From: Azolla caroliniana
Lineage: Eukaryota; Plantae; Polypodiophyta
Assembly: GCA_043228905.1 (NCBI GenBank)
Contig: JBHGNT010000016.1
Span: 2,232,001-2,296,000, forward strand
DNA: 64,000 bases
Reading direction: 5' to 3'
Positions 22,942 through 35,328 of this stretch are shown here, in pieces. A program made the translations under genes and the position numbers. Each line of letters begins with the position of its first letter. Position 1 is the stretch's first letter. The notes below the pieces were generated by a model. That model was not told where the DNA came from. It ran no database searches and worked only from the letters and a program-made list of their open reading frames with translations.

Positions 22942-25900
22942 CTAGTCTATGAAGCCTTTCTCTTGTAAGCTAACAACGGTGTCATGTAGACACTTCTTCA
23001 AAGGAGTGAAAGACAACCCTAGTCTTTTGAGTTTCTCATTAGAGAAGAGGTATGGTTTCACCCTAGGTGTTTTCTCATCCGAACACCTGCATAAAAGAGA
23101 GTATATGATTACGAGACATTATAATGCTTTCGTCAATTCATGACCATCAATTAATAATGTTTGGTTATTTTGTCAAAGTTCTTTATAAGTTTTAGAGTAG
23201 ATTTTGGGAACAACTATATCAAACATGTACTATAATCCATTGTCGATGGGTATGAAGGCATTATGAATAATGAATGCCGTGCAAAACATATGACTTCTAC
23301 TATATAATAAGTTTACTCTCCCTCTACTGATTGTGCTTCAAAATCTTAGTGGGTGAATACGTGAAACACAAGTGCATAACTAAGTGAGATTTATAAACTT
23401 ATGATTCCTTGATATTGAGAGACTAGAGGCAAATCCAATTGTCAAGTTGATAAATAGAGAGAAGAGGTCTAGTAGGAGTAGGTATTCTGAATGTGCGACA
23501 ATGTAGGGTTATCTAGCAAAATAATTACTCCATACAACTGTATTTAGTATGTAGTGTAATTGGTTAAGGTATCTATTGAGCCTAATAGTGTACTTTAATA
23601 CCCATTAAAGCATACCCAAAGTACTAATGTACACTCTAGAGGGATTGAAGATTGACAATGTTTCCCGAACCAAGAGCTCTATAATGGCTTCAACATTCAC
23701 TATTGACTTTTCTATAATAGAAGATTGACACCCAACATATTCAAATTTACATTCTTGATTCCAACCTTGCATTTGAGAGGATGATCAAGGAGCATTGAAG
23801 TTGGCATAAACGCATGACTAGATTATGGTATCTAGCTCAATTGAGAAGGTTTTTCAATGGAGACCATAAGGTCATGCATTCAACCCCTACATTTCATAGT
23901 CGCAGTTAGCAAAGAGCGTAGTAACTTAGTTTGTCAAGTTGTTTGATGGAGATGAGAAGGCAATGCATTCAATCGCACAAATATGAAAGGTTTACATTAG
24001 TACTTTAGAATTGATCTAATGGCTTGAAGAGCAAGCTATAATATTTCCTACTTTTAGGCTATTTAGTGGTAATTGTTGACAATGATATTGTAAATGGACA
24101 TGTCTTGGTCACCCACATGTTTGATAATCTGGTTTTATTTTGACAAGGTTAATAGGTGTGATACAAGGAAAAGATGAGCATTGAGAATGGAGCTTCTTTG
24201 TATCATCAATACTATCTTCATAGGGAAACAATCTTTTATGCACAATTAGATCTACATATTGACGGTAATGCCATGGCTAACATATTTTGAGCCTCCTTTT
24301 CCTTAAGTGAACATACTAATGTATATATTGAGGTGTTTGATGTAAGTATTGGTATTTATCGACTAAATTGCCAATATAAGGTTAGTTAAAGTCGACGCTC
24401 CTAATCACATGAGATTATACCTTAGGAGAGTGTTAAGGAAAGTGTTATATTAGCACAATTCTTAGTTACTAATTGCTTCCTAATTCAAAACAATGAATAT
24501 TGTGTTGAAACAAACAGGGCAATATAATTCAACCTACGAGGGTTAATCAATTTCAAAGAAACTTCATATGATACATTGTGTTCTAACAATAAATATTCTA
24601 GCAATAAATATTTTAAATATGACTTGTATGTTTTTGATTGTTAAAACATTTTTTACATGATCCCATTGTTATATTGATACATTATATCATGTATTGTTTT
24701 GGGCTAACTAAGTGTTATGCTAAGCATTTCCAAAATTTTAACTTACACTCTTGGGATTGGATATTTGGGGAAGAGTTCTCCAAGAAGGCCACAAACATCG
24801 CCTCGATGGACCACACTCTCTGCACAAAGATATCTACCATTGGAAGATGGTGTTTCGTAAAGTAGGATACAAGCATCAACCACATCCCTTACATCAACAT
24901 ATGCTTGGATTGAATTTGCAAATGTTTTTGTTGATCCTATCCATCATACAAATCCCTTTGAGTAATGACTTCTAAAGAAATGTTTCACTAGTGGTAAAAT
25001 CAGTTATGTGTCATTAGTGTTCCCAAACCTGACAAATATTTGACGACGTGCAATGTGCTAGCATTCATTGTTGGCTGAAGTAATGGACCAAGTACTAAAG
25101 AAGGAACTAAAACAACCAAATCAATATTCTTTTCTTGAGCATGATTCCATGCTGCTTGCTCTGCAACCGTTTTTCCATAGCAATACCAATTCTACCATAA
25201 ATATAAATGCACTCCAAATTTGATTATAAATCAAGAAGCGGTTATAGCATTTCTCATGAAAAAGAAGGTGAAACTTTGCTTATTTGTGAATTATAGATGT
25301 AACTTTATCCACATATACAAGACATCCACTTTGTTGCATGACTTTGAGATCTAAACAATCTTTCCCATCATGCTTACCCATGAATTTCATTGTACAATTG
25401 TACTTCATATAAGATGGATTTGGCTATTTTAGCTACACTTCATCTTTGGATTAATTTGGTCATATATGCATTCACCAAATTTGGGAGTTGTGACATTTTC
25501 CAATTCCCATAGGATTAGATAAACATCCCATTTCCCATCATAAAATCATTCTTAATCAAGGTTCATGATAGTAGGACATACACCATTGTTCACCTAATTT
25601 GTCTCAAAGACAAATATTGGCCTTTAATAGATTCTAAAACGTATTTCTTTCTTTCTCTCTCTACACACATACCCTTGCTTTTTAACAACCCATTATACCA
25701 CATCTATATAGACACAAACACACCACCAATCTAAACATAAATAAGCACAAATTTGGCATACCAGTTTAAAATTCTTTGTATATACGATATCCTAATAATA
25801 TAATTGTGTTCAACAAATGAACTTGAAATGAACAAGGCATGAATGAGAGATTACCTTTGTGTCTTTGCAAAAATCAAGGTCACTCCAACAAGACTCATCA

Positions 25901-27970
25901 ACAGTTATGGAAGGGTCTCTTTTCGGGTCCATATATACCGTACCAATCGATGAAGTATATATAACACGCTTAACTGAACTCTTTGCAGCGGCATCAATCA
26001 CATTCAATGTTCCTTTCACAGCTGGATCCAACATGTCCTCCTACATTATGCTAGTTACTATTAGAATAACAATTTGTATATGTTGGGCATATCATTTAGT
26101 ATTGAAGGCCTAGGATTGTAGTGGAAGTACTCACAGGATCATCTGTCATTGGAGATGCTAAATGGAAAATAGCATCACAACCCGCAAAAGCTATTAGGAG
26201 ATTATCCAATTCTAAAAGACTAGCTTTAATAAGGACCAATCTTTCTGTTGCTCCTTCCAATTGCATCAAGTGACAATTCTTTGGATCATCTATACATTGT
26301 TTGCACTATATTTAGAGAGCATTTGTGAAAGATGAAGGCAAGCCACAACAAATAATTTTCAAAACGTACCAAAACATAGACTAATAAAAGGTTTTGCAAC
26401 ATGAAACAAAGCATTATTAACAAAAAAGCATTAGTTTCTACTATGTCAAAGCATTGCATTTATATATCCATTAGAAATTGTAATTGCAAACAAGATGTGA
26501 AAATGTGATCCTTTGAGTTTAAAGAAATATGAATCTTCATGTTTGGACTGTCTTGTCATTGCAGTAATGGGTAGTTGACGCTTTCCTTATGACACATTTG
26601 CATTGCAAATTTATCTCACAAACCATTTCCAGAAATATAATGACATTATTTCTATTTGTATTTTGCTTTTAACACAAATTAGCATTAAAATACGTATTTT
26701 ATAGATCAAATACATAGAATATGTGAAAAAAAAAGTTAAATACTTATTAAGTTTTAAATTTTAAAAAAATAAAATTAGCTTTTAAATTTTTATAAAATTG
26801 TAAACTTTTTGGAAACGTGGAATACATCGAATACTTAGAATATGTAAAATTTTATAAAATGGCATTTCTAAAACATATTCTAAATGTCAAATATGTGTTT
26901 TTTAACAACCACGATGTTTTTTTCCCCCCCAAAAAAAACACTACTTCACATTAGTTAGCAAACAATTACATCATAGACCACCAAAAATTCAGCAACCCTC
27001 ACTCTGGCCATCTCACCAAAGTGGACATAGTCCCCACCTCATTTTCAAGAAAAGTATCCAAACAACTCCTACAACCTAGTAATTTGTACCATATCTATAC
27101 ATAGTTACAACACATGGGCACTAATGGAAGCCATTGGGGGAAACAACCATCGGGGTTCTTGGTAGTTCCATTCAGGCCCTAATGATGATCACATGAGTGT
27201 ACAATATGCATGGTTATATGATATATCATATAATACCATAGGTGTACTTTTCAAGGATAGGGCAAAAACATTTACTTCTTGTTCACATAGTATTATAGTA
27301 ATGTAATGCCTAACGAGGTAAACATTTTTCATATACTTGTTGGTGCACTCATGCGTATAAAGATATGAGAAGTGGCGAGGTTTAGGATGACCAATGGGTG
27401 ATGGAGAGATTCATTTTAAGGTAAGGGCAGAAAATCGATGATATATGAGAGGGAAAGCCCCTTGGGGGACAACGTTACTCAAGGAATGGAAGGAAAATTA
27501 CAATAGGTGAATAAATTAAATCACAAATAAGAGAAAACAAGGAAAAACTTATAGTCATGTGTTGTAACTATACTTGTAGGAATCAAAACAATATGATTAT
27601 TAATTAGGTTTTGAGTACCTGGGTTTCGAAGAGTTCCTTTAACAATGTACCCCTTCTCAAGGAGACGCTTTACAAGCCATGAGGCTATGAAACCTCCTGC
27701 ACCAGTTACACACACTGTACACATCTCCACCATTTGCTTATTATATTCTAGGGTCGACGTCACACAATCATCTATGGCCAAGATTACACCATTATATGTG
27801 GTTGGATCAACATTGTGATCCATAAACAATTCTCTAGTATGATCAATGATTGAGTTTAAATTGTTATCAATGGCCAAATTTACACCATCAACCATGGTCA
27901 ATGTCCCATTGTCATGTAAGGCCAAGTGCACTTCATTTTCCTCTATAGTTGAATTCATATAGTTATCCAT
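22942..27970 (-). CDS. CCR: Cinnamoyl-CoA reductase, copy A (intact, 6 exons, ~396 aa, N-terminal repeat extension)
   Basis: Exons 27970-27619, 26289-26135 (155), 26040-25855 (186), 25191-25029 (163), 24936-24747 (190), 23086-22942 (145); GT..AG, in frame to TAG. NADP-binding [16 protein letters not shown], catalytic signature [18 protein letters not shown]. Confidence 0.9.
23725..23980 (+). mobile_element. Dispersed repeat with two tandem tRNA-like units (in CCR-A intron 5)
   Basis: Similarity to 21590-21890. Confidence 0.55.
26917..27189 (-). mobile_element. LINE 3'-end fragment (second family) in CCR-A intron 1
   Basis: Minus strand encodes [15 protein letters not shown], then a 3'UTR ending actaatgtgaagtagtgtttttttt-ggg-aaaa. 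Homologous to 51347-51618 and 55516-55790. Confidence 0.75.
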
Positions 27971-29208
27971 AATGATAAATCGGGTTTCAATAAGATAAGG
28001 TCTACCAAAGGGCTTATGAAGGAACACGACTTATTACTAAGAGGGAATTACGCTTACAAATTCAAAGAAAATTATGAAGGAATGCAAAACGTGGTTTGAT
28101 ATGTAATGGAGATATATTGAAGACATGTATACAAATTATGATAGTCCGGAACGGTGATGCCACATGCAAACTAACTCTAAGTAAATTAGAAAGGATTGCA
28201 AAACATAGTTCAATATGTAATGGAAATTATGTGCATGAATTAATGTTTAGTTACTAGGGAGGAGTGGGGCTCACATAGGGCGCACTTTGAATTATGGGCA
28301 TACTTGGGAGGGCAGAAAGTTACTAACAATTTGGAATAATAGCAGAGCTATTATTGGAAGTAGAAGAAGAAGTCTACTTCTTTGGTGTTTGTGGATATAG
28401 TTAACATTACATCTTCCCTTTTCCATCCTAATCCATATTTATAAAGTATATTAAACCAAGTTTTTGTGAATTTAAATCACACACACAATAATGTATACCA
28501 AATCTCTTATTAGATCTCTCTTGACAACCATTTGTTTTACTCAGTGGCCCTAGATTTGTTATAAACCACTCATTTTGCGAGGTTTTCCTAGTGTAAAACA
28601 CACCTCTTGTGTTTGCAAAACTACATTTATCACTAAGTAACCTACACGCACTTCGCCATAAGAATCATAGTTCATAACAATGTGTTTGGTAGTTAGTCAT
28701 TCTTTTATATCATACTAATAGTTTTGGCTAGTTTGGTTTATATTCTATGCACAATCATAGTGCACTTAGGTGGCTTCTCAAACTAGAATGTACTTTGTCA
28801 TAAGAATCAATGTGAAACTAATTTAAAGGAAAGAAGTTTTATACTATAATTTTGTATAGTAAATCATGTTGAGATTCTTTGGAGACAAATTAATAGTCTT
28901 ATCACAACCCAATCTAAATAAACAAATTTATATGATGCAAAAGAAAGAGACAAAAAGAAAACATGAAATTAATGAGGTGTGAAGGTGTTTTCTTAATTGT
29001 TTTTGAACATTTTATGTGGGCTCAATTGCCTTACTGTTTGTCAATATGTATGTAGGAATGATGAACCAACACCTATTCTTCCTATTTGGTTATCGTCACA
29101 CTCCCTACATTATGAAAGCAATATTCGTCTCAGTTTCTCCATTTTCTAGATTTGCTTAAATAATATACTGCAACAAATACGAAATTTACATGATTTTTAG
29201 TTTATGGA

Positions 29209-29326
29209 AAACGGTTCCTAAATTGGTTCACGAACTAGTTCGGTTCAAGTTTGAAAACTTCCAAACTTGTTAAGCCTTAACTGGTTTGGTTTGGACAAGG
29301 TCAAATTGAACCATTGCCAATTCCTA
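29209..29326. mobile_element. 3' half of hAT MITE (family of 15584)
   Basis: Ends ccattgccaattccta; internal sequence similar to 15760-15890. Confidence 0.7.
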
Positions 29327-29986
29327 CGAGAAGGTACATCCAAATACCATCAATTGTAATCCTTCCTTGACAAAGCCATGTTCCTTGGTTTAGGTCCCCG
29401 ATGGTTCCACTCAAGTAGCACACACACGTCTGTATATTTCGTAATAGTGGATATCATTTTTGAGCAAGCACTTCATAAGGGGTTGCAATGTTACATAGAG
29501 TTATTTAATTATGCTTTTGTTATCAATGTGACATTGTCATATGTGAATGCATGCCATTTTGACTTACTAAAGACCACTACAATTTCGTTATCTATTTTGT
29601 TTGAACAATATCCCAATTTCTCATTCAAAAGCATTAACGTAAACTGATTTCTTTTGCCAATGAGTAGGTTAGATTGATTGTGTATTGATTTTCTTGACTA
29701 CGCACGCCTATACACATACAATTTTGTATTAAACCTCCATGAATTCACTTTGTAAAGATATTTCTTTTTGTTTGCAAGGATTAATGTTTTACTTCATAGC
29801 TTGATCATAATGAAAATCTAAGTTATGAAACTTATCTTTTGTAAAAAGGTTCATTACAATGCAATGTTCATTACCAAGAAAAGTCAATCCATGTATAAAT
29901 ATGATAAGTTACTCAACAGTAACTAACCTTGTAAGAATATTCTATTCAGCATGAAAGAATTCATGTAGGTTATCCATAATGTTATT

Positions 29987-30097
29987 CTAGTTCACAAAAC
30001 CTTTCTCTTGTAAGCTGACCATTGTATCATGTAGGCATTTCTTCAAAGGTGTAAACAACAATCCAATGTTTTGAAGCTTTTTATTGGAGAAGTGATA
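29987..30097 (-). pseudogene. CCR: Orphan truncated CCR last exon (remnant of a fourth copy)
   Basis: Minus strand reads [34 protein letters not shown]. The downstream flank 29450-29986 resembles 30770-31289. Confidence 0.8.
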
Positions 30098-32600
30098 TGT
30101 TATGGATTGAACTAATGATGAACAAAAGAATAAGATATTAACAGAAAGCCATGTTTCTAGAGCATTCTATCACATAGTGGGATAACAATTTAATCGGAGA
30201 TTTCCCATCATATTCTTTGAAGTTATATGCTCAACAACAATACATCTAAATCATTTTATGTGCATAGACCCCAAAATCTTTAGGTGTTAAGCCACCTTCT
30301 GTTTAGCCCACTTGAACTAGCAACATTGCTAGCAATATTACCTAATTTTTTCCCCTTAGAGATAAGGCGCACAATGCTCAATTTAATAGGGGTTTAATAA
30401 CCCTAAGATTGACACAAAGGTATATTATGTGTTGCCAACTCAATATTCCTGACAAAGAGTGTCTTGTTCTAATACCAAGTGTTTAGGGAAAAAGCTTCTT
30501 AGAGGATCTATATCACGAATATGTTTGTGGCAATGTTGATGGGCTAGATCTTGAAACAATGTGTTAGAGATTGTGTCCATGACATAAGGATCTGGTTAAG
30601 TGCAACTTGTTAGATAATCTATCACTATGGTTGAACAAGAGGTTGTCAAAAATAGTGTCAAGCTAGGAGGGTTATATTTGTTGGAAGAGACCACAAGTTG
30701 GAAAGAGTGTGTTGAGAGGATGTTTATATATACCGTTTTCAAGGTGCACACATAATTTTTGAGGAAACGCTAATAAGGGGATGCAATGTTATACAAAGTT
30801 ATTTAATTATGTTGATGTTTTGAATGTTGATGTGACAATGCAATATCTCAATGCAGGCAAATTTCAAAGAACATTAGCCTAACAGTTGCTTCCTAAAGAC
30901 TATTATGGTTTCTTTATCTTTTTTGTTAAAACAATCTCTCATTTCCATTACAAATATTACAAATCATTTGCATAAACATATTCTTTTTGCCAACTAGTAG
31001 CATTGATTGATTCTATATTGATTTTCACGACCACGCACACACATACAATTTTGACATCAAACTACACAAATTCACTTTGTAAATATATTGCTTCTTAATT
31101 ACAAGGATTAATGTTTCACTTCATAATGAAAGTCTAGGTTATGAAACCATTCTTTTGTAACCAAGCTTCGTTACCATGTAATGAGCTTCTGCATACTAAT
31201 AAAATCCAATCCATGTATAAATATGATAAGTTATTACTACACATTGATCAACCTTCATGAACTCACGTAGCTTACCTATAATGTAAAATCTATCTTACAA
31301 AACCTTTCTCTTGTAACCTAAGCACTATATCTTGTAGGCACTTCTTCAAAGGTGTAAACGACAATCCAATTTTTTGAAGCTTTTCATTTGAGAAAAATAT
31401 AAGGTTCACCTTAGGTTTTTTCTCGTCAGAACATCTGGAAAGACATTATATGAGATTACATAATATATTCATGTACATACATATATATTAATTCCTAGTT
31501 ATTGAATGATAATATATCTATTGGATGCTTGGAAGTAGGAGTCACCAATGGCTCATCACAAGCATGAACCGAGCATTTAAACAATTTGGTGGCTCAGCGG
31601 TTCGGCTCAGTTCAGGCTTGAGCCTCCTTAACCGGTTTGAACTCTGTATGGAAAGGCTCAAGTTGAAACAAACAGTTTTATTGCCAAAATGATTCCTAAA
31701 CCAGTTGAGGCTTAAACAATTTGGCAAACTGGTTACCAAACCGGTTTACTGTTAACTAGTTAAGCGTTAACCGGTTTGGCTCCACTTTGAAAACTCTCAA
31801 ACTAGTTTAGTTTGGACAAGACCAAACCAATTAAACTGAAAAGCGAACCGTTGCCAAATCCTACTTGGAAGTCAATGTAACAATAATCCATAACTCATTT
31901 TTAAATTATTATTGTAAATGCTTCAGTTAGGGTAAATTTATTTATTGACCGGGAATGTGAAGTTGGCAAAAACTTGTCAAGATGTAGTGCACCTTTAACT
32001 TGGGTGCATCAATCTATTTGGAGAAACTTCACATGCTTTATGGATTCACTAATAATAAATAGTATGATAAGGAAGTTGTTTGTTTCGATTATTTAATCTC
32101 ATTTTTCCACACATCATCGTTATCCGGATAAAATAATACAAATTTTTTTATGCCAATTAAACAAGGTGATAGGTATTTTCAACAATTTTAACTTACACTC
32201 TTGGGATTGGATAATTGGGGAAGAGCTCTGCAAGCAATCTACAAATATCTCCCCGATGGGCAACGCTCTTTGCACAAAGATACCGCCCATTCGAAGTTGG
32301 TGTTTCATAAAGGAGGATGCATGCATCAACCACATCCCTTACATCAACATATGCTTGGATTGAATTCACATATGTATTTGTTGATCCTATCATCTCGCAA
32401 ATCATGTTTTGTTTTGTTTTGCCACCAAGGACCAAAGAAGGAATTAAAACCACCAAGTCGATATTGGTTTGTTTTGCATGACGCCCTGCTGCTTGCTCAA
32501 CAATGGTCTTTCCATAGCAATACCAATTCTACTACAAACATTTGATATTATTTTACTATAAATATTGTTAGTCGTCAAAACATCTTTATCATAAAACAAT
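30098..32600. repeat. Segmental duplication unit (CCR exons 4-6 and 3' flank), homologous to ~45490-48650
   Basis: Near-continuous alignment from gttatggattga(a/g)ctaatgatga onward, including a shared MITE. The 45.5-kb copy has an extra ~0.5-kb insertion near 45650-46160. Confidence 0.9.
31536..31863. mobile_element. hAT-type MITE in CCR-B intron 5
   Basis: TIRs taggagtcaccaatgg / ccgttgccaaatccta; 8-bp TSD cttggaag on both sides. Confidence 0.9.
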
Positions 32601-33177
32601 TATAATACATACATACATACATACATAAATATATATATATATCTATACATATATATTATATATCCACGACATAATTTAATGTAGAATGGTTCAAAAACGT
32701 AGAAAACCAAGAACTACATAGCAAGGGATATTCTTTATTAATATGTGAAAGTCACATAGTTGCAAACTTGTTTGCAAATACATAAAATGCACACATTCTC
32801 TATATTTAGACAATTATACTAAGAATTTTTTGTGAAAACACTACAATGTTACCACAATTGAGTGGTCTCACCAATGCATGGGTAGTGGGACATGGTGCTT
32901 CTCCAATTATCAAGATGAATACTCTATTTGGAAAATAATTTGTGTTCAATTCTCAAATAAACAAAACAACCACATCAATACTCCCTTCAACTTGTATATG
33001 AAAAACATTGTAACGGTATCACAATTTGACTAGTTTTAACATTACATTGGTATAGGGACACACTAAATTTCCAATCCGTAAGTGAACACTCTACGAGAAA
33101 TGTATTTCGACTTCCTAGAATAAACAAAATTTCCACATTAATACTCCCTTCAACTTTCAAAGATATGATATACTTCA

Positions 33178-33271
33178 TACTTACCATAAAATGTAAAAGC
33201 ATTATGTATATTCTAATAATGATGTACTTACCATAAAATGTAAAAGGATTATGTATATTCTAATAATGATG
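33178..33271. repeat. 47-bp tandem duplication
   Basis: tacttaccataaaatgtaaaag(c/g)attatgtatattctaataatgatg x2. Confidence 0.9.
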
Positions 33272-33595
33272 TAATGTTAAATATCTTTGAAAGAGAGAAA
33301 CGATTTTGGTTTTTGATCTTGGGTCAAGTTGTGTAAATTATCAAACACCCTGCCTTGGCTTCAAAAATCAAGGTGACAAAAGACATTATATGAAATGATG
33401 AGTACTACTTTCACTTGAACAATGCAAAAGAAACAATTGCATGTTGCTACTCCACATCTCTTTAGAGCTAATCCCAATGGTAAAACCACCAATTATACTC
33501 CCAAAATGAAGACCTTTGTCAAAGCCGACAATTTTGAATGCCAACTATGTTTCTAGATTTGCTAACATCCAAAATTAAAGTTGGGGACAGAGGGG

Positions 33596-35327
33596 ATGAA
33601 AAGGTTAGGTGATAACTCAATGCAAGCTATGGGAGCCTTCGTTCTCTCCCCGGAAGAAGAATGCATCATGGAGAGTGAAATCGCAAGACTTAGACAGGAA
33701 TCATTTGTGGTGAAAGTGGTGGATAGTCGACCAAATCGCCCGTTGTTGCGTGATTGGTTGCAAAGTTGCCTGCAAGAAAACCTTGGAAGAGTGAAGGACA
33801 TCACATTAATTTTATGGGAAAGGGGTTCTACCATGTTACTGTGATGCCTGATACGAATATATGCAAAATTATCGAGGACAATCCGTTGACATGGCACAAT
33901 GCAAGAGCGTATGTATTCAAATGGGATGTGGATTTTGACATGTGTAAAGCAAATGCTTGTATAGGAAATCCAGCAGTAATAACGACCTTTTTCCCTGGTT
34001 TACCTAAGCAATGGGAGTTCTCCCAGCCATTGGGAAGAGTATGGGAGGGCAATGTTTGGAAAAAACATTTGCAGAGAGAGTAAGTGAAACGCCGAGGATG
34101 AAATTAATTGTCTCTGATGTAAAGACCTTACCACAAACAATGGTGCTAAGCTGCAAACTCATGCCTGACCATGTACAACCAGTGGAATATGCCGGACTTC
34201 TAGGGCAATGTTTTGTATGTAGACAAATGGGGCATATGGCCCGAGAATGCCCTAGAGGTAAGGAGATCATGCATCGTAGAAATGGGAAGCATGGATGGAA
34301 AAGCCCAACAAGTTTGACACAACAGAAAAATATGAGAACAAACCATGCAATGCGGATGAATGAAGATGGATGGAAGTATATGAATAATAAAGGAAAACAA
34401 AAAATTATGCTCGGACAAGAATGGCCTCAACTTAGCAACAAATATGAACTCTTAACTGTAGAGGACAATGAAAACATAGCTAATGACAAGGAAGCAAGAT
34501 CAAAGGCACATTCGGAGAGCAACTTTGTGAATGTTATTAATGATATGCAGACATTGCAGCAGGAAGACAATGTGTTAGTGGTTGAAACTAATCAGATGCA
34601 TCAAGAATGTATGGATGAGGAAGGAGAAATAAGAAATCAAAAGGATGTAAGCCCCTTGAAAGAGCAAGATAAGTCGCTAGTGACAACCCAACATATTAAG
34701 GGGATAGCAAAAATGAAAAGGCACATGCGTGCTAGAAAAGAGGAAGAGAATGGGATGGAGAAACATAAAGGTATGCGTAAATGGTCAAGAGTGAAATGGA
34801 ATCCTCAATACAAAGTGACCCCCCTATCGACTACTAGGCAACAAATCAAAGTGAAACTGACAGGCAAAAAGTGGTTCAAGGAAATGTGTGGGGTTGAGAT
34901 GAAGAAGGACAACATGTGTAGAATCAATATCTATAGTCATTGTGAGGACGAAGATCAAATCGTTGGACTGTCCTATATGCTGGTCGTGGGAAATAAGGAG
35001 CCCCACAATAGAGAAGAAGCACTCGGATGGTTGGAACAACAAATGGGTGCTCATGTAGATTCAACATATGGTACCGCAATAAGTGTGAAAATGAAAAGAC
35101 AATGGAAAGATGTCATGCTATGGAGCTCGGGCAAGGCGAATGAGCAAGGCATATGCTATATAAATGTGAAATGTAGGAAGCTGCCTCGAATGATCACGGA
35201 ATTCATGGTATACCACCTTGAAATGGTGACACTAGAAGAGGATAATCTCCAAGATATGATCTTTGTGAACCTAGTGGAAGCTGAAAATGCATTGGCTGGG
35301 CCACTAAAGAGGCACGGTATATGCTAA
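33596..35327 (+). pseudogene. LINE ORF1 (DUF4283-like + CX2CX4HX4C knuckle), two frameshifts
   Basis: Split over ORFs 33581-33844, 33754-34083 and 34011-35327; CFVCRQMGHMAREC. Confidence 0.8.
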
Positions 35328-35328
35328 A

